DNA of 58,904 bases, filler included, from Perkinsus olseni (Eukaryota), in assembly GCA_013115125.1 (NCBI GenBank). It is 4 parts of 4 records of this genome, joined end to end, with 100 filler letters (N's around TTAATTAATTAA, not from the genome) between each part and the next. Parts side by side here need not be neighbours in the genome. Positions count along the whole stretch, not along the records: positions 1 to 14,789 come from JABANN010000724.1; 3 more parts are not named here. The stretch is one strand, 5' to 3'. This document shows positions 1 to 11,855 of the stretch, in pieces. The position numbers were made by a program, and so were the translations under genes. The stretch's first letter is position 1. Each line of letters starts with the position of its first letter. Below the pieces are notes generated by a model. The model saw only the letters and a program-made list of their open reading frames with translations. It searched no databases and was not told the origin of the DNA.

Positions 1-71
<71 letters not shown>

Positions 72-72
72 C
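1..72. repeat. (AAC)n microsatellite at contig start
   Basis: Perfect AAC triplet run. Confidence 0.98.
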
Positions 73-610
73 GGAGAGTCTTTATTGTTTACTACTGTTC
101 TCACTATGCAGCACAATACTGCTACCCCTACTGTCCACATCGCCTCGGTGTAGTGCCCCCACTCAGTGTTAACACAACATCACCATTTTGTTAATAGAAG
201 AGCAATACCGTAATCACAACAGTGTGGAAGTCATTACCAAGGAATAGAGTGATGTTGCTGGTGATGATGCCCAATAGGGATCAGTCATACCACTCACGTG
301 TCAACGGACACAAGAAGATCACAGCAAACGGAGCACTGCTGCCGCTGCCTCGCAATAATATTAGAATGCCGAGGCAGCGTGAGAAATTTTACAAATGGTA
401 GGTCACGGGAGGTTTGCCGGTCGAGTATGAAAAACTTTGATGGTAGTGCCAAGACGGACTCTGATGTTAGTCATAATACTTGTCAACAACGAGGAGAGTA
501 AAATTTGGTACGGCTGGCGTAGTCGCGACCTTCATAAAATCTATTATAGTACGGTTGCCACTCATTTACCTGAAAGACACTCAAAATGACCAAGACCACC
601 ACCGAAGGCT

Positions 611-2220
611 TCACCCACCACCTGTGGGCTGTGGAGATTCGCCCAGTTCCAAGTCCCTGTCTCCAGGAGACGTCCTTGTACTGACCGAAGATATTTTTTG
701 ATGCTGACTGCTGCCACTGCCAGTGCCAGGAGAGGGGGCCGCTGTGTGATACCCTTCGGCAGCACCCTCTTCCTCATCATCAGATACTCCCGGCGATGGG
801 ATTGACTCATCGTCCAATCGGAAGTCGTTAGGGACCTGAACATCATCCATACCGTAACTTGCCCAACTTTCGGAGACCTACAAAGTGAGCGAAGGTGACC
901 CACATGCAAGGCACTGCGTAGGCCGCGACAACCTGGCAAGAGAGAACAGTGGCGGTAGCTTTACCAGGGCGTCGAGGGAGACCTACCACGTCAACACTAT
1001 AGTGCGACCGAGAGGCCACGATAAGGAATCCTTGCACAATAGTAAGCAATAGCAAGAATATCTTCAGATACATGTCACGGCTGTATCGGACTGAAGCAAC
1101 AAGAGGATGGTCCCCGGTTCGAACCTCGGATGGGACATTTCTATTACATATTCCGCATGTGACAATGATCGTGTACATCATATGACCCGAAAATATGAGA
1201 TCACTACAGCCGCCAGATGTGAAGAGCCTAGTGAGGATGACACCCCAGTCTGCTGGTGGATTGAACTCCTCCTCAGCGCAATGTTGTGCTGAACCCGGCA
1301 GTAACTGACGAGAAGCGTCATGCCATGGGAGAGGGACTTCGATGAACTTACTGTAACCATGAAAGTGATAAGTCGCGCATAAGTAGCCAAGCTAGCTACA
1401 ACACCCCACCGCCAGAGCATATTCATGGCGCCTGAAAAAGGCACAAAAATAGGCGGAGCGAAGCAGCAGCGCAGCTGAGCACTCCTTACGATGGGGAAAG
1501 GGAAAGAACAGAGGTCTCAGTACATAACCCACACCCAAAATCAGGCTTAAATAGTTTGTAACATCACCAGGAGCCACCTGAAAATACCGGAAAAATGACT
1601 ACGAACAACATCACTCACGGAACAGTATTACCGCTGCATCAACGAGGCCAGTCCCGAACCACTCGAAAGGGAAATCATGGATTGGATTGCCAGGTCCCTT
1701 ATAAGGACCGTAACTGAGCAAGGAAAATGACAATCGACCCAGCTTCGCTCCGCTAAGCTTACACTTCATATTTTGCAGCATAATAATAAGCCATATTATG
1801 CACCCAATTGTGCACGATAAGTGTCAATACGAACCACAAAATACCCCACCTGAAAAGCAGCCTTACACGAGGCTCTCCGACCCTGACAGACCCACCATGC
1901 TCCCTTCTTCAACACGGCCCACTCCAACGGCCAAGCCTCTTTGATGTAATCAATTCTAGCTCGCCAGATCGCCTTCATTCGTTCCCAGCACGATCTCTTG
2001 CGCGGTGCTTGCTCTCGAAGGTCGGTTTTCGACTCTTCCACTGTGGGAGATGCTGCGAAAAATGAAATCAACAGCGGAGCGAAGCAGCGACCTACTCACC
2101 TAATTCAGGTACACAAGCATTGTTATCGGTCACCCCAAGGCCCCCATCTTCTGTAACTGGCCGAAGTACCAAGACAGATTCATCGCGGTGACGATCCTGT
2201 GGTAGGTCCGAGGGTGACAT
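611..2220 (-). CDS. Sphingolipid synthase (SMS/IPC-synthase family), paralogue 1, multi-exon
   Basis: Spliced exons give the family motifs GGCSDLIFSGHM and ASRSHYSVDVVVAAY plus hydrophobic TM segments. Start read as MSPSDLPQDRH at 2220; last exon VPNDF...DLELGESPQPTGGG* ends at 611. Confidence 0.85.
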
Positions 2221-2728
2221 ACGCGAGTAACACAAACGCTAACTATTCCTGACCGCAAACCACGTGAGCTGCTCTCGCCACGCATGCAAAGAGGGTCTAC
2301 TCCACAGCACGCATGCACATCCGAAACCGCAGCGTCCCCATGCAACTCAATACTAAGCAATGGTGACAATCTTACGGCGGCCTCTACATTAAAACGTCCT
2401 TCGGCACCCTCATCAAAATGAACTGAATTGAATCAGTAATCGGAATCTGCTATCAGTAATATGTAACTTGACCGTGGTGAAGCTGACGATTATATGTCTT
2501 TGCCTAGCTTCGTTGCACAACTCTCAAGAACGCCTCAGGTCTCGTGGCGCATAAAAAAACTCTCACCATGTGCGTGGGGGGCAGCATGCGTAATGATAAT
2601 GAAAGCTTTGTGCTACAGAAGGGGGAGCCGAGAAGCTAGTGAAAGTACCGGCGAGAACACTGCCTCTTTGGCTGCAGCCTTGCGAAGTTCTTTTCAAAAA
2701 TATTCCGGGTTTGATAAATTCATACAAC

Positions 2729-4519
2729 TTATTGTTCTCGAGGAGCCTCAACAGCAGCCACTGCGTGCGGCGAAGACGCTTGTGCTGCGGCGGAGACAGA
2801 TGACGACGACGCTCCTGTGGCGCCGCCTAGCTCCAAGTCAGGCACACCTCCACCACGCGAATCGGGTAGGACAGCGGGGACGCCCACATCAAGGCTAGTT
2901 TTGGGCAGCGGTACTGAGTTGGGACCGATGTCCTCAGGGACCTATGGACGCATATAAAACTGCGAGATAACCGATTAATAAGCAGAAGGCCGATCAAACA
3001 CAATGCTAGCGCGTCACGAGACCAGCCCGCAGCCCCTCTTACAAAGTACGCAAACGTGCACCAGAACGCAGGTATCGTGTACGCGGCAACAATCTGAGAT
3101 AACAAACAGAATCTAACACCCCTATGAAACGCAAGGTCCAACCTACCACATCCACACTATAGTGAGCTCTTGATGCAACAATCACGAAGCCTTGTAAGAT
3201 ATTCAAAGCGAGGCATGTTATTTTAATGTACCAGTTCTGTGCGTACCGAACTGAGAAGGAAACAACCCATGCAGGCGAATCACTGATTCGCTGATTCGGA
3301 ATCAGCAACGGTCGAAAGCAGGACCGATAAACCGCAACTCCACCGTAGGTCTCTCGGCAACTCTTCTGTTGAGCGTCGTGTAGAGGACCTCAGTGAACGT
3401 CACTTTCTATGTGACGTAGTATCAAAACGAATGCTTCTACGAGAAGGGGGATTTTCGATCATAGAACATCCGCGAACATATCTCAAACAGAAAAAACACG
3501 CGCTGGCGGGGATGACGCGGCCGGAATCGGGCATGACCGTCCTCAGCGATTTAACCTATCCTGATTACGACACCGAGAAAAAATACTACCGACCTATTCT
3601 TCAAAATCTCGGCAACTACAAGTGCCACTCCCACAGTCAGAGCGAGTATTGCGACAGCGTATGATAATCCCTCCATTCCCTTCATACATATGGCACATGT
3701 AGCCAATATGGCATACATCATGTGGCCCGAGTAGACGAGGTCGCTGCAACCGCCGGACACTGACAGATGGGTGAAGATCTCCCCCCAATTCTTCGGCGGA
3801 TCGAACTCATCCTCAGAACAATGCTGCGCTGAGCTTGGTAGCAACTGTGAGGCACCACTTCTCTTCAGCCAAATCGATTGCTTGAGCAACTTACCGTGAA
3901 AATAAAAGATATGCAACGCCCAGTGACGGTGAAAATGCTCATGGTCAAAACTCGCCATAAAATGTTCATCGTACCTGACCATCATTCTCACCAACCACAA
4001 CCCGAAGACCGAAGCTGCTTACGTGTCGGGAATGAGAAAACGAGGGGCCTCAAAGCATAAACTATCGCTATCACAAGTGTTATGTACAGCACTATGTCCC
4101 CCGGAGGAAACTGAAAGTGAATAAAAAAATCTACAAGGCTCGTATCTGTGCAGCACTTACCGACCAATCGACGAACGCCGTGCCGAACCATTCGAAGCCG
4201 AAATCATGTATGTTGTTGTTGGGCCCCTTGTATGGTCCGTACCTGTCGTATTCATCATCCTCACAACAACACTAAGAGGGCGCCATTACACTTGGTATTT
4301 TGCTGCAAAGTAATAGGCCATGTTGTGCACCCAATTGTGGACAAGCAGAGATATGAGCCCTCCTACCATGTACGGCCTACAACCAAGATAATATCATCAC
4401 GAAGAGGGCAAGGGACGGTATTACCATCCCTTTTTGAGAACGGCAAGTTCTACGGGCAGGGCCTCTCGCATGTAGGCCTTCCTCGCTTTGAAAAAGGACC
4501 GCAGTGAGGGACCCGTCAT
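2729..4519 (-). CDS. Sphingolipid synthase paralogue 2, multi-exon
   Basis: GGCSDLVYSGHMMYAIL and ASRAHYSVDV motifs. N-terminus MTGPSLRSFFKARKAYMREALPVELAVLKKGW aligns with paralogue 1; last exon VPEDIG...DLELGG...REQ*. Confidence 0.85.
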
Positions 4520-5060
4520 GAACGCCAATGACAGTTAACTAAGTTCAAACTCGCTAGGACTTCAACCTCTAGCATATCTTCCGTTTCACCAAGTCAGCGC
4601 GCGGCCAAAATTCAACTATCAGCGTACCAACATTCTCGCTCGCCCGAAAATGCGCGAGAAAATTGCGCAAAGTTCATTCACAGGAAACTACAGCGAACAA
4701 CCCGGTCCCAGTACCAAATGCGATGCCGTTAATTACAAGAGGTTGAACTTGAACGCAAGAACGCACAAGAGGGAGAAATCGCTGTTATTAACACTTGGTA
4801 AGAAGCGATGGTGGTACTGAGGAAGACGACGACGAGGACGAACAGTAAGTGTTATCTTTATTATCATTATCAGACTCACAACACAATTAATACGACTGAA
4901 GCTGCTCACATAACTCGGCACATTAACAGCACAACTGGCGAGGTCGAGATGTGAGCATAACTCCGGAATGGGGCGTCCTCCAGGACCCCATAGAGAGAAG
5001 ATGAAGTGGAAGCAATACAAATCTAGGAGAGTTTTCAGTCGTATGCAATGCGTGATGTGG

Positions 5061-7233
5061 TCATGGTGTGGTACGGTCTGGTACGGGAATATTCATAGCT
5101 GCTTCTCCCAGCTCTAAATCTGATACAGCAGTCGAGCCACTCGCCCGAGTAGGATGGAAATCAGCTGTAGCCACCGAGCAACCAGCGTCGCACTCCGAAC
5201 CTGGAGTTTGGCGGGGTGCCTGGCCGGTGATCTCTGGGGGCACTTCCACTTCGAAATCATTAGGAACCTGAACACAACGACGGTCTAAAGGGCGATTCAG
5301 CGAGGTGGGACTGATTTCGAAAGCATGTTTCTCGCTGAGGAGTCAGAGTTTGGCTACGTAATTCCGGGAGGATGCGCCCAGTATCAAGACCAATTCAACC
5401 TCAAAATTTCATGTAGTTTCGTGGATAGTGTCCGGAATCACCCGGACCTCGAGCGTGTCTTACAAAATAAGCGAAGGTGCACCATATACATGGCACGGAG
5501 TACGCTGCCACAACCTGAGCCACAGCGGAGTGACGATCGGAGGACTGTGAGCAGAGAATGATGTTACCACATCAACCGTGTTGTGACGGCGAGATGCAAT
5601 GATGAGAATCCCCTGCAGAATGTTGAGTATCAAAGAGAAGTATTTGATATACCAGTTCGTAGCGTAGCGGACTGAAAAAGCAGCGAAATATGAAGGCGGT
5701 GGGGTTAGAACCCGGGACCTCCGGCAGGATATCGCACGCTTACATAAGGCACATGTGACGGTAATAACGTAAAGCATGTGACCCGAGAAGACGAGGTCGC
5801 TGCAACCGCCAGAAACAAATATACGAGCGAAGATCTCTCCAGCCGTAGTAGGTGGGTCGAAGTTCGCTTCAGAACAGTGGTCGGCTGGACCAGGGAGAAT
5901 CTGACAGGACCCACTGACAGCATGCAGCACGCAAAATGTCTTCTCCAAATTTCGCGGTTAATTCCACTTGCGTATGCCCAAGTTCCGTATGCGCTGGATT
6001 TCGACGACGCAGCCTAGGCAAACAAGAGGGAAACTCAACACACATTTTCAAGCACCTGTCTTAGCGCCGTTAGAAGAACCCATATCGGGCAAACCCTAGT
6101 TCAAGAGAAATTCACCATTCAAGTTATGAGACACAATTTACGCAGTAACGAGGTCGATCCTGGCTCACCGTGAATATGAAAGAAGCCAGTCTCGCATAGG
6201 TGGCCAGACTCGCGACCACTGCCCAACGCCACAGAATATTCATCGCACCTGACAAGCAACGATGGACCCCAGTTAAAGAGACAGGCAAGCCACTTACGGT
6301 GTGGGAAGGGGAAGAGCAGCGGTCGCAGAGCATAGCCGATGCCCATCAGGACTGTGAAGTAGAGGATGATGTCTCCAGGAGCCGGCTGATGAAGCAACAA
6401 CGACACCAAAATTCAGCACTGCTGCGTCACGCGCCACGAAATTGAAAACATGAGAAGTGGTAGAATGCTTACAGCCCACTCAGCCGGCTCGGGGCCGAAG
6501 AGTTCGAAGAGGAGGTCCACAACGGGGTTGCCAGGGCGGCCATACGGACCGTATCTACACGAGCACGTTGGTCATGAAAGGCCTGCGTCATCGTCAGCCT
6601 CAGCTGCTGCTTACACGCCGTATCTCCCAGCAAGCATATAAACACAGTTATGAACCCAATTATGGATGAGGAGAGTTATAATGAAGAACAGTATTCCCCA
6701 CCTGAAAAGAACAACACCAACTAGACGTTCGTAACGAAAAAAAAAATCCGGAATGGGCTTTTCCGTATTTTTTCGGGATCGCTAACCGTAACGCACGCCA
6801 ATTTTGGCTGAAAGAATCAAGACGAAAGCGATGCGCCCTCTTTATAGACCACAAAGACCGCGCGCTTGCGGATGGAATACGTCCCGCGAGCTCAATCAAC
6901 ATAACACCCAACGTGGGAACACCCAGTGTTCCCGCGGAACACTTCGAGCGAATGAACGCTGGTTACACCGTAGCAACTACGTAAGGGAACCCTTTTCAGT
7001 GACGAGAATGCGCGCGCCTTAGCCACCTCTCGGCCGGCCGCTGATGATGATAGCAAAGCATGTTAGTGAACTTACCAGGCACCCTTCTTGAACACCGCCC
7101 ATTCAACGGGCCAGGCCAGGCGGACGTAATCGACTCGGGCTTGGCTGAAGCTCTTCGCACGGCGGAGGAAGCTTGCCCAGAGAGACCCTCCTTTTGATGG
7201 CTCCGCTGCAGCAGGTGATGATGACGCTACCAT
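5061..7233 (-). CDS. Sphingolipid synthase paralogue 3, multi-exon (5' end uncertain)
   Basis: GGCSDLVFSGHMLY and ASRRHNTVDVV motifs; N-terminal ARVDYVRLAWPVEWAVFKKGAW. The ATG at 7233 follows a possible acceptor AG, so an upstream exon may exist. Confidence 0.82.
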
Positions 7234-7744
7234 CTAGATGAATCCTCAAACGAGGATCGAAGGAACAAAGCACAACAGCTGAAGCAAACAGGAAGTGACG
7301 ATGATAATGTTGATAATGACCGCTGCTGCTGCTGCTGCTGCACCAAAGGCAGCACCGATTAGCCCGTGGACCAAGGTGGAGGCATTCGTACGGCTCATCG
7401 CCGTGACTGAGGAACCAAAACTGAGAACGGTTAACTATGCAGGGAAATGTGACTTTTCTATTGCACTTACCAACCGCAAGTTACGAGAATTTTGCAGGAG
7501 ATGACGGCCACAGGGCAGCCCCTCTGAGAACCTCGACTGGCGCAAGCACTCCACACGAGGCTACGGCCGTACCGTCCCATAAATACCCGATCCCGGGCAG
7601 CCACGAAGGAGATACTTCAACACCACAACAAGTGCCACCAATACTGCAGTGAACACTACGGAGAAAATGTTAGACAAAGGTACTGCTGCTGCTGCTGATG
7701 ATGATGATGCGTATGGTTGAACGGGCGAGGTCGCACCGTGCTAA

Positions 7745-10591
7745 TCACGCGTTCTCAAGATACGCGCTCTTCAACGGACTTATCACATCACTGCCAAGCG
7801 TGCCCTTAAGATGCTTGAAAGCATCACGCGCTGCCTTCTCAGAAGTAAACTCGACCAGCAGGTTCCGACCGTCCCTGCGGCATCGGAACTGCCCCAGCCA
7901 ATTCCTTAACCTCTGATAGACCTCCCCCCTCAGGCTTGCAGCTGCCGTGCCCGTCTCCACCACTATTCTTGGGCACGCCTGCGGGTCGAAGTCAATCGTA
8001 TAGGGCAACCTCGTTGACGGCGGTTCCATCGCAATCACCTCACTCAGCGTCGGGTGCGGTCTTCGGGCTCCCGATACCCACCTCAGTGTCACCACACCAT
8101 CACTATCAGCGATGCACTCCAGTCGGTAGTGCTGCTGAGCATAATCCAGCAACAGCTGCCTCCGCTCGGGGTCCTTGATCTCGGGAAGGGACATCGACAC
8201 CGGCCGCTGCACCACCGCCGTCGTCAAATGCTTCTCCATCGACGACAACCAATCCGCGTTCTTCTCCGCCAGGGCCACGAGGTCTCCTGAGTAGTGCTCG
8301 TCCGAGCCCGTGTTGTCACCAAACGCGAAGGCCAGTCTCAACTGCGCTTGGCGCATCTCCTTCTCACAATCCTCTGTACACTCGAGCTCCTCAGGGACCG
8401 CATCGACATCCCCCGGGAGAAGCCCACACGGGTGCAGCTCTCGACGTCTGCCACACGGACACGACACCGTGACGGTTGCTTTGCACTTCGTGTTAGGGCA
8501 CCTCCCATCATGGCAAACCTCGTTACAGGGGTGACCGCAGGACGGCCGAGGCTTGAGACACTTCTGCTCACAGTGCTTTCCTTCAGGCAAGCACGGTCCA
8601 CCATGGCATATCTTTTGGCACCAATGGCGACCGCAAGGCAGCACCTTCCCACACGGCGCACCACAGCTGACGTTAGCCACGTGACACGGTACCCTCCTGA
8701 TCGCTCCATGGCCGCCCCCACACTCCTTATCGACAAGTACTGTGCACAATGGGCACGGCCCGAAGTGGCACTTCAGCGGGCAAGGATGGCCACACGACCG
8801 GGGCCTCGAGCAGGGCCGATCGCAGTACGGCGGAGGCGTCCCGCAAGGGATGGGAGGGTCCCGAGAAGCGTGCCCACAATAACAATACTGAGTCTCGTAG
8901 CTGACACGAGCGCACGGGCGGCACTTGCCAAGATGACAAGGGTAGTCACAATGATGCTTACCACAGTTCAACAGCTTACCACAAACCTGTGTGCAGAAGT
9001 GAGCGTCCACACCACCAGGGCAACAGATGACGTTGCACCGGTGCTTGCCACACGACTTCAACGCGTTGCATTTCTTATGGCACTTCATAGGCCCCTCCAT
9101 CGCCGTAGCTTCCCAACACGGCATACGCCTTCTCGTTTTGCCACACACGCACGTCAGCTCCACCATCTCTTTGCACTTCTCATCGTCACACGGACCGTTG
9201 TGACATTTCTTCGGACACAGATGACCGCAGGGCAGGGGCTTAGCACAAATCTTGCCGCACGTGGGGAACGGGTCGACGCACGACTCCCTCCGCATCACAC
9301 CAGGGACGGCGGACGTCTTACCACAGGCGCAGCGCGTCGCTCCGATGATCTTGGGGTCGTAGGGGCAGCTCGGGCACGGCCCAGCATGGCACGGCAAAGT
9401 ACAACGGTGGTGATTGCAAGACAGGAGCTTGCCACACGTGTCACCACAAGTCCACGACCCTTGCGACGACTGGGCACACTGCAACTCCTCCGCCCGATGC
9501 TTCCCACAGTAGCAGGACACGTCCTTAAGAGTAACCTCACACTCCCCGCATCCCCCAGCATGACAGACCTTCGGACAAGTATGAACCCCACAGGACATCC
9601 TCTTGCCACACACCTTCCCGCAGCTCCACCCCTCGACATTCTCATGGCACCGGACGCCCTCCTTCACCTCCTTGCCGCAGTGGCACGCTATCGCTCCGAT
9701 GACCTCTTCGCACGGCGGACACGGTCCTGGATGGCACATGAAGCGACACGGGTGCCCACACGCCCTCTTCCGCTGGCACTGCTGTCCGCAACTATGCGAG
9801 TCCATCATGGCCACTCCACCTTCACAATAGCAGCTGATAGGCCGCGCGTCCGTGTGCTCTTTTTGGCACCCAGGGCAGCGGAAAGTGGCGAACTCGTTGT
9901 GTGCCGAGGCAGCCCACAGCTCGATGCACTTAGCGTGGAAGATAGCCCAGCACCCATCGCGACACTGCCAAATCTTCGCTCTCCTCCCAACCTTATTCAT
10001 GCATATCATGCACTCGTAGTGGCCCTTCCCTTCCAGCTGCTGCAAGAGAGTGTCCACCAGTTCGCTGCCTGTGGGGTTGAAACTAACGTTGCGCCGACGA
10101 CCCTTGAATCGATTCTTCCGTGCCCATTCGACGTGTCCCTTCCCACCGCCACCAGCAGCTGCTGCATTACCGCCTCCCTTAGCCACAGCATTGTCCTCCG
10201 CCCCATTAGGAGCGGCATCAACCGGAGATTCGGAAGCATCGACTTTCTTATTCCTCCGACGTCCTCGGGATTTCTTCTTTTCCTCTGTGCCCCTCTCCTC
10301 TGGCGAAGAACTCCGCGTACCATCTTTTGCCCGATTCATGGCGCCTTTGCCCTTACCCCAATACCCTCGTCTCCTTTTGCTCTGAACATCGTCGTTAACA
10401 GGGGTCGTAGCATCATCACCAGCCTGCGAATCATTCTGAGAAACCTGAATCGCCTCGCTCCGCCGACCTTTGCCTTTACCGCCGCCCCAATATGCTCTCC
10501 GGCGGTGACCACCAGCGTTGCCTGGGCTGTTCGCCTGAGGATCCGACGGCGCTACGCTGACTGCCGCCGACGATTCAACGGGCGCTGACAT
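7745..10591 (-). CDS. NFX1: NF-X1-type zinc finger protein (NFX1/FAP1/shuttle craft family), single exon, 948 aa
   Basis: RING/PHD-like YECMIC...IWQC...CWAIFHAKCIELWA...FRCPGC, then many CGxHxCxxxCHxGxCxxC NF-X1 repeats and an R3H-like C-terminal region. Confidence 0.93.
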   Translation of the reverse strand: MSAPVESSAAVSVAPSDPQANSPGNAGGHRRRAYWGGGKGKGRRSEAIQVSQNDSQAGDDATTPVNDDVQSKRRRGYWGKGKGAMNRAKDGTRSSSPEERGTEEKKKSRGRRRNKKVDASESPVDAAPNGAEDNAVAKGGGNAAAAGGGGKGHVEWARKNRFKGRRRNVSFNPTGSELVDTLLQQLEGKGHYECMICMNKVGRRAKIWQCRDGCWAIFHAKCIELWAASAHNEFATFRCPGCQKEHTDARPISCYCEGGVAMMDSHSCGQQCQRKRACGHPCRFMCHPGPCPPCEEVIGAIACHCGKEVKEGVRCHENVEGWSCGKVCGKRMSCGVHTCPKVCHAGGCGECEVTLKDVSCYCGKHRAEELQCAQSSQGSWTCGDTCGKLLSCNHHRCTLPCHAGPCPSCPYDPKIIGATRCACGKTSAVPGVMRRESCVDPFPTCGKICAKPLPCGHLCPKKCHNGPCDDEKCKEMVELTCVCGKTRRRMPCWEATAMEGPMKCHKKCNALKSCGKHRCNVICCPGGVDAHFCTQVCGKLLNCGKHHCDYPCHLGKCRPCARVSYETQYCYCGHASRDPPIPCGTPPPYCDRPCSRPRSCGHPCPLKCHFGPCPLCTVLVDKECGGGHGAIRRVPCHVANVSCGAPCGKVLPCGRHWCQKICHGGPCLPEGKHCEQKCLKPRPSCGHPCNEVCHDGRCPNTKCKATVTVSCPCGRRRELHPCGLLPGDVDAVPEELECTEDCEKEMRQAQLRLAFAFGDNTGSDEHYSGDLVALAEKNADWLSSMEKHLTTAVVQRPVSMSLPEIKDPERRQLLLDYAQQHYRLECIADSDGVVTLRWVSGARRPHPTLSEVIAMEPPSTRLPYTIDFDPQACPRIVVETGTAAASLRGEVYQRLRNWLGQFRCRRDGRNLLVEFTSEKAARDAFKHLKGTLGSDVISPLKSAYLENA

Positions 10592-10748
10592 TTAGACGGA
10601 AAAACGACAGCTGTCAGAACTAAGAGGATCTTGAGGTTGACTACCACGAGATACAAAATAGGTCAACCCAATACTATCCAATGCAAGAGCTACGTATACA
10701 ACAGGCAGAGGAACAGTGCTCGGTAATGACCAGTAATGAGAGGTCAGC

Positions 10749-11669
10749 TCAGTGGACACCATTAGTGGCCGCGGCCAGCTTAGCCAGGACGCTCTGTACG
10801 TTAGTTGCGATGTCCTCTATAGACACGCTCTGCAACTCCAGCACCTTGTCATCTCCAAAATGCTCTCGGCAGTCGTCAAGAATCTACACAAATAATGGTC
10901 TCGCCGAGGATTGAACGGAGGAGCCCCGCGTATAAATCGAACACGGTCCCCGCCCGACCATACCGTCTGAAAAATCTCGCATTCCACGTTCTCCTTTATC
11001 TTGGCCTCCGTGTAATGACGTTGCTCCAACCGTGACCAGAGAGCATCAGTAGAGCACCGCAAGACTACTACCAAGTCAAACCTAACCAGACAGCGGAAGT
11101 CCCCTCCTCAAAGCAGGGACTCAGATGCAGCTGATCTCTGCTTCAAGCCTCGGGAGACTCACTCTCGCGGACCGAGTCCACGTGGAATAAGCTTCGCCCG
11201 TCCGATCGATAGCAAGTGAAAGCCGAAAATGAACCCAAATTTGGAGATACAATTTGAAACCGATTCGATACAAGAGGGAACGCAAAGCCCACCCAGCCTG
11301 AAAGCTGCTGCCGCTCTCTTTCCGAAGCCTCGCCCAGGGTCTATTACCAGTCCGGAGGGAGAAAATCGGGGGAGTGAAAGTCTACGACGACATTCTCCTT
11401 GCCAAAGACACCGAGGTTCTCCAGATGCTGCTCAACGGCTTCCTCGTCGAATATGCTGCAGTTATGGTCATCATCCCACTCGCTGTACAGATGCTCAGCG
11501 GCAACTGAGGAACGCATCTTAGGTTGAACCAAGTATGATGCAGAATAGGTTCACTACTGATCTTGCCGAGCTCCATCACACGACATGACCCCATTGCTGA
11601 TCCGAGCTCTCTGGAGAATGTGGACTTGCCAACCCCGGGCGTGCCGGCCACTAGTACAGAGTACGGCAT
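10749..11669 (-). CDS. AK6: Adenylate kinase 6 (Fap7/hCINAP), multi-exon
   Basis: VLVAGTPGVGKST P-loop, VVDFH motif, WFDLVVVLRCSTDALWSRLEQRHYTEAKIKENVECEIFQ. Confidence 0.92.
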
Positions 11670-11855
11670 AGCAGCTGGTAGTAAGCAGAATATACTGAGA
11701 AAGCCTCTCCCATGCATGCAGCCAATACCAACACATTCGCAACTCGTCGATGAGAATGATGATAGACTCAAAACCAAACACGCTCCGCACGACGTTAAAA
11801 GGTTCGCAATGGTAACAGGAAACGATGCACTCCAGAGCTCAGCCATCTGCAACAC

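Noticed and set aside
1-72. Terminal (AAC)n runs as telomeres
   Set aside because: Ordinary microsatellites that also occur internally; they just mark assembly breaks.
8294-10588. 764-aa plus-strand ORF
   Set aside because: Antisense shadow of the GC-rich, Cys-rich NFX1 exon; no domain and a non-ATG start.
10630-10646. Possible relic spliced leader (GTAGTCAACCTCAAG) upstream of intronless NFX1
   Set aside because: Needs a gap and mismatches against the 22-nt SL; too short to separate from chance.
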